Origin: Candidatus Eiseniibacteriota bacterium
GTDB taxonomy: Bacteria; Eisenbacteria; RBG-16-71-46; CAIMUX01; VGJL01
DNA length: 64,000 bases
Direction of reading: 5' to 3'
Assembly: GCA_963792585.1 (NCBI GenBank)
Contig: CAWBWI010000003.1
Span: 1,088,001-1,152,000, forward strand
The notes under the pieces were generated by a model. The model was not told the origin of the DNA, ran no database searches, and saw only the letters and a list, made by a program, of their open reading frames with translations. The translations under genes and the position numbers were made by a program. Shown here in pieces: positions 1 to 12,666 of this stretch (position 1 is its first letter; each line of letters begins with the position of its first letter).

Positions 1-125
1 GGCTCGGAACCCCAGCAACCCGAGTATCGATAACTCCTCCCCGGATCTCAAGAAGTTTCCTCTTCGAGCGGCCCGGAGCGCCGAGCTACATTCTCCCGTT
101 GGAGTTAGCCTTCCAAGGAGACGGC

Positions 126-2053
<1,928 letters not shown>

Positions 2054-2109
2054 AGGAAAGCTGCTGCTTGGCGCGGCGTGGCGTCGTATCTTGGCGCGGG
2101 GAGCGAATC

Positions 2110-3273
2110 ATGGGCGAACCACGAGACGAGCGAAGCGCGGGGGTGAAGATCCCGGAGACCCTGTCGGCGGGCGACGGGGTGCGCCTGCTCCGGCGCTATT
2201 CCCTGGCCTTCGGTTTCGGAATCGTCGCGCTCGGCATCCTCGTCCTCCTGATCGCGATCTATCTCCAGATCGCCTACGAGATCCTCTGGGCCAGCACGCT
2301 GGCTGTTCTCTTCTACCCGTTGCACCGGCGGATCTTCCGCCTCGTGCGCGGAAGGGGAAACGTCGCCGCAGGGATCAGCACGTTCCTGGCGATCATGATC
2401 CTCTTCATCCCCGCCTTTCTCACCGTGTTCAACCTGGTCGCCGAGGTCCGCAACCTGATGCCCACGATGCGTGAGGGATTCGGCACCAACACCTTTCATG
2501 CGCTGGCGACGGGGCTCGAGGACTCGCCGTTCCGTGGCGCGGTACACCTGCTCCTCGGCCTGCCGGCGGACGCGGACGTTGCCGCTATCGAAGGTGAGAT
2601 CGCCAAGGGCGCGGCGGCGTTGCAGGAGCTCCTCCTCGGGCTGCTCAAGTCCGTCACGAAGAGCGCCCCTGCGGCCCTCTTCCAGGTCGTCATCACGCTC
2701 CTCGGGCTCTTCTTCTTCCTCCGGCAGGGTCCGGTCTGGATCGAGTCGATCAAGAAGGCGCTACCGCTCGCGCCCGAGCACTCCAACAGGCTCTTCGGGA
2801 TTGCGGCGCAGGCCGTCAACGCCGTCTTCCGCGGCGTGATCCTGACCGCGGCGGCCCAGGCGGTGCTCGCCGGACTCGGATTCTGGGTGGCTGGGGCGAA
2901 GGTGCCGATCCTGCTCGCCTGCCTGACCTTCCTCGGCTCGATGGTCCCTTTCGTCGGGGCGATCGCGGTCTGGCTGCCGACGGCGATCGTCCTCTTCATC
3001 ACGGGACACACGGTCGCGGCGATCGGCCTCGGGATCTACGGGATGGTCGTGGTAAGTTTGGCCGACAACGTGATCAAGCCGATCGTGATCGGCCGCGAGA
3101 TGAGGCTGCCGACCCTCTGGCTATTTCTGGCGATCATCGGCGCGCTCGAGCTGTTCGGCTTTCTCGGCGTCGTCGTCGGCCCCGCGACCCTCTCGCTCGC
3201 CTTCGCCTGCTACCGGATCTACACGGAGGAGAGACGGACTGCCGTGGAGGGCGGCGCGCGCGGGGGGGCCTAG
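2110..3273 (+). CDS. AI-2E family transporter
   Basis: Multi-TM protein with [15 protein letters not shown] and GFLGVVVGP motifs. It is the 3' part of ORF 997..3273, with its own ATG at 2110. Confidence 0.85.
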   Translation: MGEPRDERSAGVKIPETLSAGDGVRLLRRYSLAFGFGIVALGILVLLIAIYLQIAYEILWASTLAVLFYPLHRRIFRLVRGRGNVAAGISTFLAIMILFIPAFLTVFNLVAEVRNLMPTMREGFGTNTFHALATGLEDSPFRGAVHLLLGLPADADVAAIEGEIAKGAAALQELLLGLLKSVTKSAPAALFQVVITLLGLFFFLRQGPVWIESIKKALPLAPEHSNRLFGIAAQAVNAVFRGVILTAAAQAVLAGLGFWVAGAKVPILLACLTFLGSMVPFVGAIAVWLPTAIVLFITGHTVAAIGLGIYGMVVVSLADNVIKPIVIGREMRLPTLWLFLAIIGALELFGFLGVVVGPATLSLAFACYRIYTEERRTAVEGGARGGA

Positions 3274-3277
3274 TTCC

Positions 3278-4693
3278 CTACTCGTCCCAGCGGGCGATCA
3301 GCGGTGTGCGCTGTGAACCCGGCAGGTCGAAATCGCCCCCCACGTAGAGGCTGGCGCCATCCACGAAGAGCGCGTTGACGCCTCCATAGATGGTTCCGAA
3401 AGTCCGCCAGGTCGATCCATCCCAACGCAGGAGGTTGCCATCCGGGTACCTGGTGAAGTTCAGTCCGCCGACCACGAGGCTTCCCTGGAACTCGGTCATC
3501 ACTGAAACTCCTGGTTCCCCGGGGTCAGGCAGCCGTGTCCACCCCGACCCATCCCACGACGCGACGAGTCCCTGACCCATCTCTCTGTCGTCGAACGAGC
3601 CGCCTGCGAAGAGCATCCCGCCGGAGACCAAGAGGGAGAGCACCGTGACTCCCTCGATCCCGATCGCGGGTGGCTGCCAGTCGGAGCCGTCCCAGGCCGC
3701 GACTCCATGGCAGTCGACGCCGCCCGCGCGGGTGAACGATCCACCAACGATGAGACGGTCCTCGAACACCGTGAGTGCGCGAACGGACCCGTCGACTCCG
3801 GCGCCGAGCGGCCGCCAGACATCGCCGTCCCACGAGGCGATGTTTGCGGCGACAGAATCCCCGGCGGTGCCGAACCTGCCCGCCGCGATCAATCGATCAT
3901 GGTAGACGGCGAGGGCATACACGGGGCCGTCGGTCCCGTTTCCGAGAGGGAGCCAATCGCTCCCGTCCCATCGGACGACGTTATGTGCCTCCGTGCCGCC
4001 CACCAGGGGAATCAAGCCTCCCGCGATGAGTTGATCCCGGTACGTCGTAAAGGCGACGACTTGGGAATTGAGGTCCCAGCCCGCTGCGTCCCAACTCGAT
4101 CCGTCCCAGCGGGCGAGGCCCACGCTTTCGTCCTCATCACCGGTCGATGTCCGGAAGTACCCGCCGGCGAAGAGCGCACCTTCATGGAGGATGATCGCGT
4201 CGACCACGCCGCAGCAAAGCGGCGCGCCGGAGAAGCCGTTCCACCAGTGCAGATCATCGGGGCGGAGACGGACGGCGTTCGAGAGCCCGGACCAATTGCC
4301 TGCGTCGTCGACCGCGTTCAATGCGACCCAGAGATCGCTGCCGAGCGGCCTCAGCGAGACGAGCATGGTCTCGGCCGCGCCGGCGATTCGGGGCGACGCC
4401 GGCGGGGGAATCTCGGCGGCGCCGGCCCAGCTGGGGGGAGTCATGGGCGTCGTGGCGAGCCGGACATCGTATCGTGACACGGTTCCGACCACGCCGTCGT
4501 CGCCGGGCGCCGTCCAGGAGATGACGGCGGAGGAGTCGCGAAACTCGAGGAAACGCAGGTCGAGCACGCGCGCGGGAGGATTCTCGTCCACGGATGACGT
4601 GGGGATGCGGTGATCGTCCTCCCCGCATCCGAAGAGCAGAATCGCGAGCGCCCAGAGGATCGTCCTTCGCGGAATCCGCATCATCGCCCTCAC
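3278..4693 (-). CDS. Lipoprotein with Fn3-like domain and WDGxxW beta-propeller repeats
   Basis: Lipobox LFGC; SWTAPGDDG...DDAGNWS Fn3-like segment; repeated L.AGG.F / A.WDG..W units. Confidence 0.75.
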   Translation of the reverse strand: MRAMMRIPRRTILWALAILLFGCGEDDHRIPTSSVDENPPARVLDLRFLEFRDSSAVISWTAPGDDGVVGTVSRYDVRLATTPMTPPSWAGAAEIPPPASPRIAGAAETMLVSLRPLGSDLWVALNAVDDAGNWSGLSNAVRLRPDDLHWWNGFSGAPLCCGVVDAIILHEGALFAGGYFRTSTGDEDESVGLARWDGSSWDAAGWDLNSQVVAFTTYRDQLIAGGLIPLVGGTEAHNVVRWDGSDWLPLGNGTDGPVYALAVYHDRLIAAGRFGTAGDSVAANIASWDGDVWRPLGAGVDGSVRALTVFEDRLIVGGSFTRAGGVDCHGVAAWDGSDWQPPAIGIEGVTVLSLLVSGGMLFAGGSFDDREMGQGLVASWDGSGWTRLPDPGEPGVSVMTEFQGSLVVGGLNFTRYPDGNLLRWDGSTWRTFGTIYGGVNALFVDGASLYVGGDFDLPGSQRTPLIARWDE

Positions 4694-4891
4694 ATCCTCC
4701 CCGCGCAGGATGCTCCGTGGCCCGCGGCGCCGTCAAGACGCCTCCGGCCATCCGGATCCCCTCCGTCCGGGTCGATGGAATCTCTGCTCCGTCTGCGAAT
4801 CTCGACTCATGGCATCGGGCGAGCGGATCGGGTATCCTTCGCCGTTCGCCAAGTATCGCCGCGGCCGACCTGCGGCGGGCAAGGAGGGGGC

Positions 4892-5475
4892 GTGAAGGAG
4901 AGTCCGATACCGACCGTCTATTTTTCCGTCGACACGGAGGCCTCCGGCCCCCTGCCGCCCGACTACAACCTCGTCTCGATCGGGGCGGTCGAGGTTCGCC
5001 CGAGTCCCGCGGGGCACGTGATCGGCCGCGAGTTCTACGTCGAGCTGAAGCCGATCTTCCCCGGCTTCCGCGCCGAGTCGATGGCGATCCACGGGATTTC
5101 GCGCGAGCACCTCGAGACGCAAGGCACCGACGCGCGGATCGCGATGCAGAGTTTCGCCGACTGGACCCTCTCCTGCCTCTCCGGCGAAGAGCAGCCCGTC
5201 TTCGTGGGCCACAACGTCTCGTTCGACTGGGCCTACATCAACTACTACTTCCACCACTTCCAGATCGAGAACATCTACGGCTACAAGGGCATCGATTCGA
5301 AGTCCCTCGCCGTGGGGGTCCTCGGAATCCCATGGTGGGACGCGAACAAGGACTATCTACTGGAGGCGATCCCCGGCCTCGTGGGACTTCCCCGGCCGAG
5401 CAGGTGCACAATGCCCTGCACGATGCGCAGTTTCAGGCGCGAATCCTGGCGGCGCTCCTCGACTGGAAGCGATGA
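4892..5475 (+). CDS. DEDDh 3'-5' exonuclease (RNase T/DnaQ-like), frameshift near 5395
   Basis: ExoI VDTEASG and ExoII GHNVSFD in one frame, ExoIII HNALHD in another. AAGGAGG RBS precedes GTG 4892. Confidence 0.8.
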
Positions 5476-6351
5476 AGCCTGCCGTGGCGACCGGCCCGAT
5501 GGTCGGCGCCCACATGTCGGTTGCAGGGGGGCTGCACAACGCGGTGATCGAGGCCGCGCGCTATCGCTGTCGCGCGGTGCAGATCTTCAGCAAGTCGTCC
5601 AACCAGTGGGCGGCGCGCACGCTGACCGACGAGGATCTCGCCGCCTGGAACGACGCGCGGGCGCGGCATCCCATGGTGCCGATCGTCCATGACTCGTACC
5701 TGATCAACCTCGCCTCGCCCGATCCCGCCCTTCTCGAACGCTCACGAGCCGCGTTTCTCGAGGAGGTGCGCCGGTGCGATCTTCTCGACATTCCGCTCCT
5801 CGTCTTCCATCCGGGCGCGGACATGGGGGCGGGTGAGGACGAAGGGCTCGCGCGGATCGCGGCGAGTCTCGACTGGGTCTGCGAGCGCGACGAGGGTTCC
5901 GCGACGATGCTTCTCCTCGAGACGACCGCGGGGCAGGGGACGAGCCTCGGACATCGGATCGAGCATCTGGCCGGATCGTCGAGCGGACAAGCCGCCCCGA
6001 ACGGCTTGGCGTCTGCGTCGATACGTGCCATGTTCTCGCGGCCGGCTACGACATCCGCACGAAGGAAGGATACGATGCGGTCTTGCGCGGAGTCGACGCG
6101 TTGCTCGGCGTTGATCGTGCTCCGATGCTTCCACGTCAACGATTCGAAGAAGGACCTGGGCTCGCGTGTCGATCGGCACGAGCACATCGGTAAGGGCTTC
6201 GTGGGAACCGCCGCGTTCGGTTCCGTCATGCGCGATCCGCGCTTCGTCGACGTCCCCAAGATCCTCGAGACGCCGAAGGACGGATGACATGGACCGGAAG
6301 AACCTCGCCCTCCTGCGCCGGCTCGCGAACGCGGCGCCCGCGAACGCGTAG
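5472..6351 (+). CDS. nfo: Endonuclease IV (AP endonuclease), with frameshifts
   Basis: GAHMSVAGG, HDSYLINL, FHPG, LETTAGQG, CVDTCH (alternate frame), HVNDSK, DRHEHIG and ILETP. ATGA overlap with the exonuclease. Confidence 0.9.
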
Positions 6352-6385
6352 CCGAATTCCTCCGATCCGACAGCAGACAGACGAG

Positions 6386-6414
6386 AGCCCCGGGCCGGTG
6401 CGCGGCCCGGGGCT
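6386..6414. terminator. GC-rich hairpin between convergent genes (putative terminator)
   Basis: AGCCCCGGGCCG-gtgcg-CGGCCCGGGGCT, a perfect 12-bp stem. Confidence 0.55.
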
Positions 6415-6458
6415 GGATGAAGTCGCTCGTGATTCGTGTCGTCGATCGAGGATGCGGC

Positions 6459-8805
6459 TTACCGGATCAGCGTCAGGCGTCCCTCGGTCCGGATGCCCGC
6501 GCCGTTGGCCCTCATGAAGTAGGCCCCCGGGGTGAGTCCATCGACGTGCCACGCGATCTCCATCGGGCCCGCACCCGCCGCCGCGACCTCGCGCGAGGCG
6601 ACCCGGCGTCCAGAAACATCGTGGAGCGAGAGCTGCACGACGCCGGAGGCGGTCGGGACGAGCCTCAGGGTCAGATCGGGTCGCGACGGGATTCGGGAGG
6701 ATCGTCAGGGCCGCGCCGGAGGCGAGGATCGCGTCGGGAACGTCGACCGCAGGAACTGCCGTTCCGCCCGCCGCGTGGTAGCGCACCGCGAACTCCTGGT
6801 AGTAGAGGTTCGCGACCCGGAAGTCCTCGATCATCAGTGATGTTCTCGTCGTTCTCGTTGTTGGCGGCGTTCGACCAGTTCGAGCTTCCCGTGATGACCG
6901 TCGGTCGCCCTCCGTGCGTTCACGTCCAGGATCATGTACTTTGAGTGCAGGTTCCCGCTCTCGCGTCGAGCCAGACGTCGGCCGGAGGGCTCCACGGGTA
7001 GGTGCCGGTGCCGCTGCATGTTCGTGTACTCGCTATCGACGGAGCTTCCTGGTCGCTGTCGAAGACGCCTCGCACCTCGAACCCGGGATCGTTCAGGAAC
7101 GCGCTCGTAGAGCGCGTTCTAGACGTCGACGCACGTGAACACGTAGATGCAGAAGTGCGACGGAGTACTCCGCCTCGCCGATCACGCGCCGAGAGCACCG
7201 GCATCGTGTCGTCCGACGGCGCCGAAGTAGACCTGCCCGGGATGCCCCGCGATCGAGACGCGCTTGGGCGTGTCATCGAGCTTCATCGCGCTGAAACGGG
7301 AGAGGTTCGGATCGGGCGTGTTGCCGGTCGGATCCCCACATCTCGTCGATCTCGGCCGTGTAGATCTGGCGAGCGACTCGTCCTGAATCAGGATGATGTT
7401 CTGGATGTCGCTGTAGGTGCCGAGTCGTTGGATGTTCCATGATCCGGTCAGGACCCAGTCGTTCGCGGGGTCGGCGTCCGTCATGATCGAAGATCCAGAA
7501 CTTGTCGTGCATCAGGCCGGCCCCGGGTTGTTCGGGCCGTACGCGTCGTCGATCACGGGATCCCGTTCGCGATCAGGCGTTGACCTGGGTGTGGTAGTTG
7601 CCGCCTCGGTCGTCCGTGACGAAGCGGATCGCCACTCCTCGGTTCTGTGCGCGGCGATCAACGCGTCGGCGGGGGCCGCGATGTCGAAGCTGTAGATCGC
7701 GACGTCGATCGAGAGCTGGGCGCGTTGATTCGCTCGATCAGCTTCGGACGAAGATCCACGTTTCCCTGGCGCGGCTCGCCGAGCGCGAGGGACGCGTCGA
7801 CGCCCTTGTTGAAGTAGACCCGCGTCTCGCCGGAGGAGCGGCTGCCCGAGCAGAACCGCATCCGGGGCGGCTGATCGATCCGAGCTCGTTCGTGCTGGTC
7901 ACCCTGTAGATGTAGATCGGGCGGGATCGAGCCCCGGCAGGGTCAGCGAGTGGTCGGTGACGAGCGCGGCGTCGCTCACCGTGCCGAGTTCGTAGCCGTC
8001 GTGAAGGCCGTAGTCGATCCGCGAGTCGGCGGCTGGTCGGTCGTCCAGCAGATCGTGACCGCGTGGGGAGGATGTCCGTCTCGGTCGGGCCCCGCAGTGA
8101 TCGCCGGACCGCGGATCGGGATCACGTCGGAGGGCATCCGCGGGAAGGATCTCATAGCCCGTGTTCCAGGGCGGCGAGAACCCGCCGAACTGCTTCAGGA
8201 TCCCGACGACGTCGAAGTGCCCGGAAGGCGGGGTCATTGCGGAGGTCCCCGTGTCGCGCGTCGAGGAACATGTCGCAGGTGCCCGTGTCGTCATGCAGCG
8301 TCACGACCAGGTTCGCTCCCCACGTGCCGGTGTAGGTCACGCCCTGCGATGCGGATCAGCATCCCTTCCTGCGGCTCGCAGTAAGTGACCGGGATCGAAC
8401 TGGTTGGCGACCTGGTAGCAGGTCATCGTGTAGGGCGCGGGCAGCGGGCTGTCCGGTCGCGTGCGTCGTCATCGTCGTCGGGGCGATCTCCGTCAGCCCC
8501 CGGTACTGCGCGATCGTCCCGCTGACCGTGACCGAATCGCCCATGGCGAAGGTCTGCGTGATCCCGATACTTGAAGACGTTGATCCCGCCGGTCGCATCC
8601 TGCATGTAGAAGTCGGTGTTCGTGTCGAGAAGGTTCCCGTGCCGACCGTCACGATCCCCGTGACCGAGACGCTGTCCCCCTCGGTGAGCGGGTAGCCCGA
8701 GGAGGTGTTGCAGTGAAGGCTGCCCATCGGGACCGGGTGGTACACGGCGGCGGCGGGCTGGACGCAAAGCAGGCAGAGCAACACGAATAGCGGGAGGCGA
8801 CGCAT
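6459..8805 (-). CDS. Secreted phospholipase D-like/nuclease protein with OB-fold, Fn3-like and C-terminal FlgD-Ig domains (heavily frameshifted)
   Basis: Signal peptide MRRLPLFVLL; two HKD motifs (MHDKFWIFD, LHSKYMILD); TGSWN; ILPNP...RLTLIR C-terminus. Pieces are spread over many frames. Confidence 0.7.
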
Positions 8806-8936
8806 CGGATCTCCTTGCTGGACGCGGTCCTTAGGATGATTGGACTTGGATGGGACGAACCCCGCAAACTACCATTTTGGGCAGGTGATTTCCATGGCGC
8901 GCGGGGTGGTTCCGAAGGCGGGCGAGGCGTCGAATC

Positions 8937-8945
8937 TGGTAGAAT
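8937..8945 (+). promoter_or_regulatory. Extended -10 promoter element
   Basis: TG-G-TAGAAT about 20 nt upstream of the ccmH-like ATG. Confidence 0.45.
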
Positions 8946-8965
8946 CTACCAAGGGAGGGTTGTCC

Positions 8966-9568
8966 ATGCCTTTTTGTTTTCCCCGGGGGTTTCGCATCCT
9001 GCCGCTCGCGCTCCTTTTGCTCAATTGGATCCTCATCTCAGGGCCCGCGTGGGCCCAGGCCCCGGCGGTCCCCGAAGGGGAGAACCAAGGACATACCGAG
9101 GAGGCGCCCGAGCCGGCGCCCGCTCATCCGACGATGCGGCCGGAGCAGGAAGCCCAGGCCCGCAAGATCTTCGATGAGTTGATCTCTCCCTGCTGCTGGA
9201 CGACGACGGTGGCGAGCCACGGCTCGGGCGCCGCACCCAGGATCCAGGCCGAGGTGCGCGGAATGATCGCGCAGGGAAAGAGCCACCAGCAGATTCTCGA
9301 CTTCTATGTCACCCAATACGGGGAGCGCATTCTCGCAAAGCCGAAGAAGTCCGGTTTCAATCTGACCGCCTACTGGGTGCCCTATCTCGCCATCCTGGCC
9401 GGGATCGCCCTGACCGTTCTGCTGGTGCGCAAGCGCCGGTTCGTGGTCGGGCGCGCGGGCTCTCCGGCGGCCGCAGCACCGCCCGACCCGTCCACCGGCA
9501 AGCCGGCGGCGGGACCGGACGAAGCGTACCGACGCCAGATCGAGGAGGAGCTGCGCCGCACCTCCTGA
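8966..9568 (+). CDS. ccmH: Cytochrome c biogenesis CcmH/NrfF-like protein with SPCC motif
   Basis: Signal peptide; LISPCCW; 'I..M...GKS.QQILDFYV.QYGERILAKP'; C-terminal TM helix. GGAGG RBS precedes ATG 8966. Confidence 0.75.
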   Translation: MPFCFPRGFRILPLALLLLNWILISGPAWAQAPAVPEGENQGHTEEAPEPAPAHPTMRPEQEAQARKIFDELISPCCWTTTVASHGSGAAPRIQAEVRGMIAQGKSHQQILDFYVTQYGERILAKPKKSGFNLTAYWVPYLAILAGIALTVLLVRKRRFVVGRAGSPAAAAPPDPSTGKPAAGPDEAYRRQIEEELRRTS

Positions 9569-9651
9569 GCCTCGATCCGTAACCACATCGGGCGCCCGGG
9601 TCCCGAGTCCGGGGGCGCCAGCAGCGACAACGTCGCGGCGGGAGTTCATCC

Positions 9652-12519
9652 ATGAGGCATCGAGTTGCGTTCCTGGTCCTTTCCATCCTTCTCTTAGGCA
9701 CAGCGGTGACGGCGTTCGCCGGTGAATTGAGCCCTGCGCTCGAAGCGCGGCTTGCCGAACTTGCGCCCGGGCAGAAGGTCGGAGCTCTCGTTCTCCTGCA
9801 GGAGCAGGCTCCGATCGCCGAGATCTCGCGATCGCTCAGCGATCGCGACGCGGGGCGGGCCGAGCGGCACGAGACGATCGTCCGCTCGCTGCAGGCCGCG
9901 ACCGCCGCGCAGCGGGATCTCCTTGCCGCGCTCGACGTCGAACTGCGCGCGGGCCGCGTCGGCGGCTATCGCTCCTACTGGATCGTGAACGCCGTCGTGG
10001 TGAGCGCCGACGAAGAGGCGATCCGCATGCTCGTCGCGCGGCCCGACGTGGGGCAGATCCGCGTCAACCCGCATCCCTACCTGATTGCGCCGATCGGCGA
10101 CCGGAATCCCGCGGAGAATCTCCGCGGAATCGGAGTGCCGCCCGGCCAGCGTGCCGTTCAGACCGACCGGGTCTGGAATGAGCTGGGGATCAACGGTCGC
10201 GGACGCCTGGTCGCCAACATCGATACGGGCGTCGACGGCACCCACCCGGCCCTGCGGGATCGGTGGCGGGGGAACAACGGGCATCCTTGGCAGGAGTGCT
10301 GGCTCGACGTGATCGGGGGCGACACCCAGTATCCCGAGGACACCGCCCAGCACGGGACTCATGTGATGGGCACGATCACCGGCCTGGGCGCGGCGACCGA
10401 CGACACGATCGGTGGCGCATGGGGCGCGCAGTGGATCGCATGCAACGCGATCGGCCAGGGCGCCGGCGGCGATTTCGACAACGACATCCTGACGGCATTC
10501 CAGTGGATCGCCGACCCGGACGGCAATCCTTCCACCGTCTCCGATGTGCCGGATGTCGTGCAGAACTCCTGGGGCGTGCGCGAGGTGTGGGGATACCCGG
10601 CATGCTGGGACTACTGGTGGCAGGTGATCGACAACTGCGAGGCGGCGGGCTGCTGCGTCACCTGGTCGGCGGGCAACGAAGGACCCGGCCCGATGAGCCT
10701 GCGGATTCCGGCCGAACGGACCAGTTCGCCAACCAATATCCTGGCCGTCGGCGCGGTCGACGCGACCAACTACGGCTGGCCCTATCCGATCGCCGACTTC
10801 TCGAGCCGCGGCCCGAGCGATTGCCCCGGCAACGAGATCAAGCCGGAGGTCTCCGCGCCCGGCGTGGATGTTTACTCATCGATCCCGGGCGGGGGATACG
10901 CTCAGGGCGGTTGGAGCGGCACCTCGATGGCGGGGCCGCACGTGGCCGGCGCCGTCGCGCTCATGTGCGAAGCGAATCCCGATCTGGACGCCCAGACGAT
11001 CAAGCAGATCCTGATGGACACCGCGCGTGACGAAGGGACTCCCGGCGAGGACAACGACTACGGCTGGGGCCTGATCGACGCCTACGCGGCCGTCTCGCAG
11101 GCGCTCGTCGGAACGGGCGTGCTCGAGGGGACGATCGTCAACAGCTCGTACGGGAACGCTCCGGTTCCCGAAGCGAGGGTCTCCCTGCGCGGCTCTGCGG
11201 CGCAGTTCCCGGCCGATGCGACCGGTTCCTATCGGGGCCACGCGATCGCCGGCGACTATATGGCGGTTGCGACGCATCCATCGTTCGCGCCCGAGAGCAC
11301 GCTCGTGACGATCACGGTCGGTGGCACCTCGACGCAAGCGTTCGCGCTGCGCGATATCCTCGGTCCGCACATCAGCGACTTGAGCGATCCGGTCACGATC
11401 CCGGACGCGACGGGCCCCTATCCAATCCAGGCGACGATGACCGACGTGAGCGCGGTCCAGCAGGGGACGCTCTGGTATCGGGTCAACAACGGTTCCTGGT
11501 TCTCGGTGGGGATGAGCGCGAACGGCGACATCTACACGGGTCAGATCCCCGGGCAGATCGCCGGCAGCTCGATCGATTTCTACGCTGCAGGCACGGACAT
11601 CGCCGGGAACACGTCGACCTTCCCCGCGGACGCTCCGAACAGCTATCACAGTCTCTACATCACGATCCCGGTCCTCGTGGACGACGTGGAGAATGCGCAC
11701 GGCTGGCTCCTGGGCTGGGCCGGCGACACGGCCACGGCGGGTGTCTGGGTTCGAGACGATCCGGTAGGGACCATTCTGTCAGGGAATCAGGCGCAGCCGG
11801 AAGACGACCACACGCTCGATCCCGGCCACATCTGCTTCGTGACCGGTAATGGCCAGGTCGGGGGCGCGGCCAACGCGGCCGACGTGGACGGCGGCTGCAC
11901 GAGCCTCGTCTCGCCCGTCTTGAACCTGGCCGGCATGCAGAAGGCATACCTGTACCTCTGGCGGTGGTTCTTCCAGTCCGGGCTCGGCGGCGACAACTGG
12001 GCACTCCAGGTCTCGAACAACAATGGGCTCACGTGGGTCGACCTCGAGGTCCTCACAACCCGTCAGAACGCCTGGACGCCGGTCACCGTGGACCTGGAGA
12101 CCGTCCTTCCCTTGACGGCCTTCATGCGGCTCCGCGCAAAGGTGTGCGATCCCGGGATCGACTCCGTGGTCGAGGGTGCGATCGATGACGTGCGGATCGA
12201 GGCGTTGCCGCCGCTGTCGGCGTCGGTCGGGGATGCCGGTGAGGCCTCGTCCACGGTCAGGATTCAACCGAACCCGATGCGCACGCATGCCAAGATCGCC
12301 TTCCGGATGTCGACGCCGGGCGATGTCACCCTCGATCTATTCGACGCGACCGGCCGGCGGGTGCGAAACCTCGTCAGCGGGACGTTGACCGCCGGCGCTC
12401 ACGAAATCGAGTGGGACGGGCGAGACGACGGGGGGGCCTCCTTGCCGCAGGGGGTCTACTTCTACCGCCTCCGTATGGGTGGGGTGGAGGAGAGCAGCAG
12501 GATCGTCCGGACGCCCTAG
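9652..12519 (+). CDS. Secreted S8 (subtilisin/bacillopeptidase F-like) serine protease with C-terminal FlgD-Ig domain
   Basis: Catalytic triad motifs IDTGVD, HGTHVMG and GTSMAGPH; SAGN; propeptide; QPNP...WDGRD...GVYFYRL tail. Confidence 0.92.
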   Translation: MRHRVAFLVLSILLLGTAVTAFAGELSPALEARLAELAPGQKVGALVLLQEQAPIAEISRSLSDRDAGRAERHETIVRSLQAATAAQRDLLAALDVELRAGRVGGYRSYWIVNAVVVSADEEAIRMLVARPDVGQIRVNPHPYLIAPIGDRNPAENLRGIGVPPGQRAVQTDRVWNELGINGRGRLVANIDTGVDGTHPALRDRWRGNNGHPWQECWLDVIGGDTQYPEDTAQHGTHVMGTITGLGAATDDTIGGAWGAQWIACNAIGQGAGGDFDNDILTAFQWIADPDGNPSTVSDVPDVVQNSWGVREVWGYPACWDYWWQVIDNCEAAGCCVTWSAGNEGPGPMSLRIPAERTSSPTNILAVGAVDATNYGWPYPIADFSSRGPSDCPGNEIKPEVSAPGVDVYSSIPGGGYAQGGWSGTSMAGPHVAGAVALMCEANPDLDAQTIKQILMDTARDEGTPGEDNDYGWGLIDAYAAVSQALVGTGVLEGTIVNSSYGNAPVPEARVSLRGSAAQFPADATGSYRGHAIAGDYMAVATHPSFAPESTLVTITVGGTSTQAFALRDILGPHISDLSDPVTIPDATGPYPIQATMTDVSAVQQGTLWYRVNNGSWFSVGMSANGDIYTGQIPGQIAGSSIDFYAAGTDIAGNTSTFPADAPNSYHSLYITIPVLVDDVENAHGWLLGWAGDTATAGVWVRDDPVGTILSGNQAQPEDDHTLDPGHICFVTGNGQVGGAANAADVDGGCTSLVSPVLNLAGMQKAYLYLWRWFFQSGLGGDNWALQVSNNNGLTWVDLEVLTTRQNAWTPVTVDLETVLPLTAFMRLRAKVCDPGIDSVVEGAIDDVRIEALPPLSASVGDAGEASSTVRIQPNPMRTHAKIAFRMSTPGDVTLDLFDATGRRVRNLVSGTLTAGAHEIEWDGRDDGGASLPQGVYFYRLRMGGVEESSRIVRTP

Positions 12520-12666
12520 CCGCGTTCGCCGGAAGTTCTCCGACGGCCTCCCGTCGCGCAACCGCACGGCGGGAGGTCCCCGCGCACTCAGGATCATCCG
12601 CCCTTCCCGGCCTACCTCATTATGGTGTATACTGTTAACGGCTGTACAACGTCACCGGAGGGAAGG

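Noticed and set aside
1..110. tRNA/ncRNA at the window start
   Set aside because: No cloverleaf, T-loop or recognisable RNA family motif.
6285..6287. Selenocysteine or readthrough TGA in nfo
   Set aside because: The remaining C-terminus (MDRKNLALLR) is in a different frame, so this is an indel.
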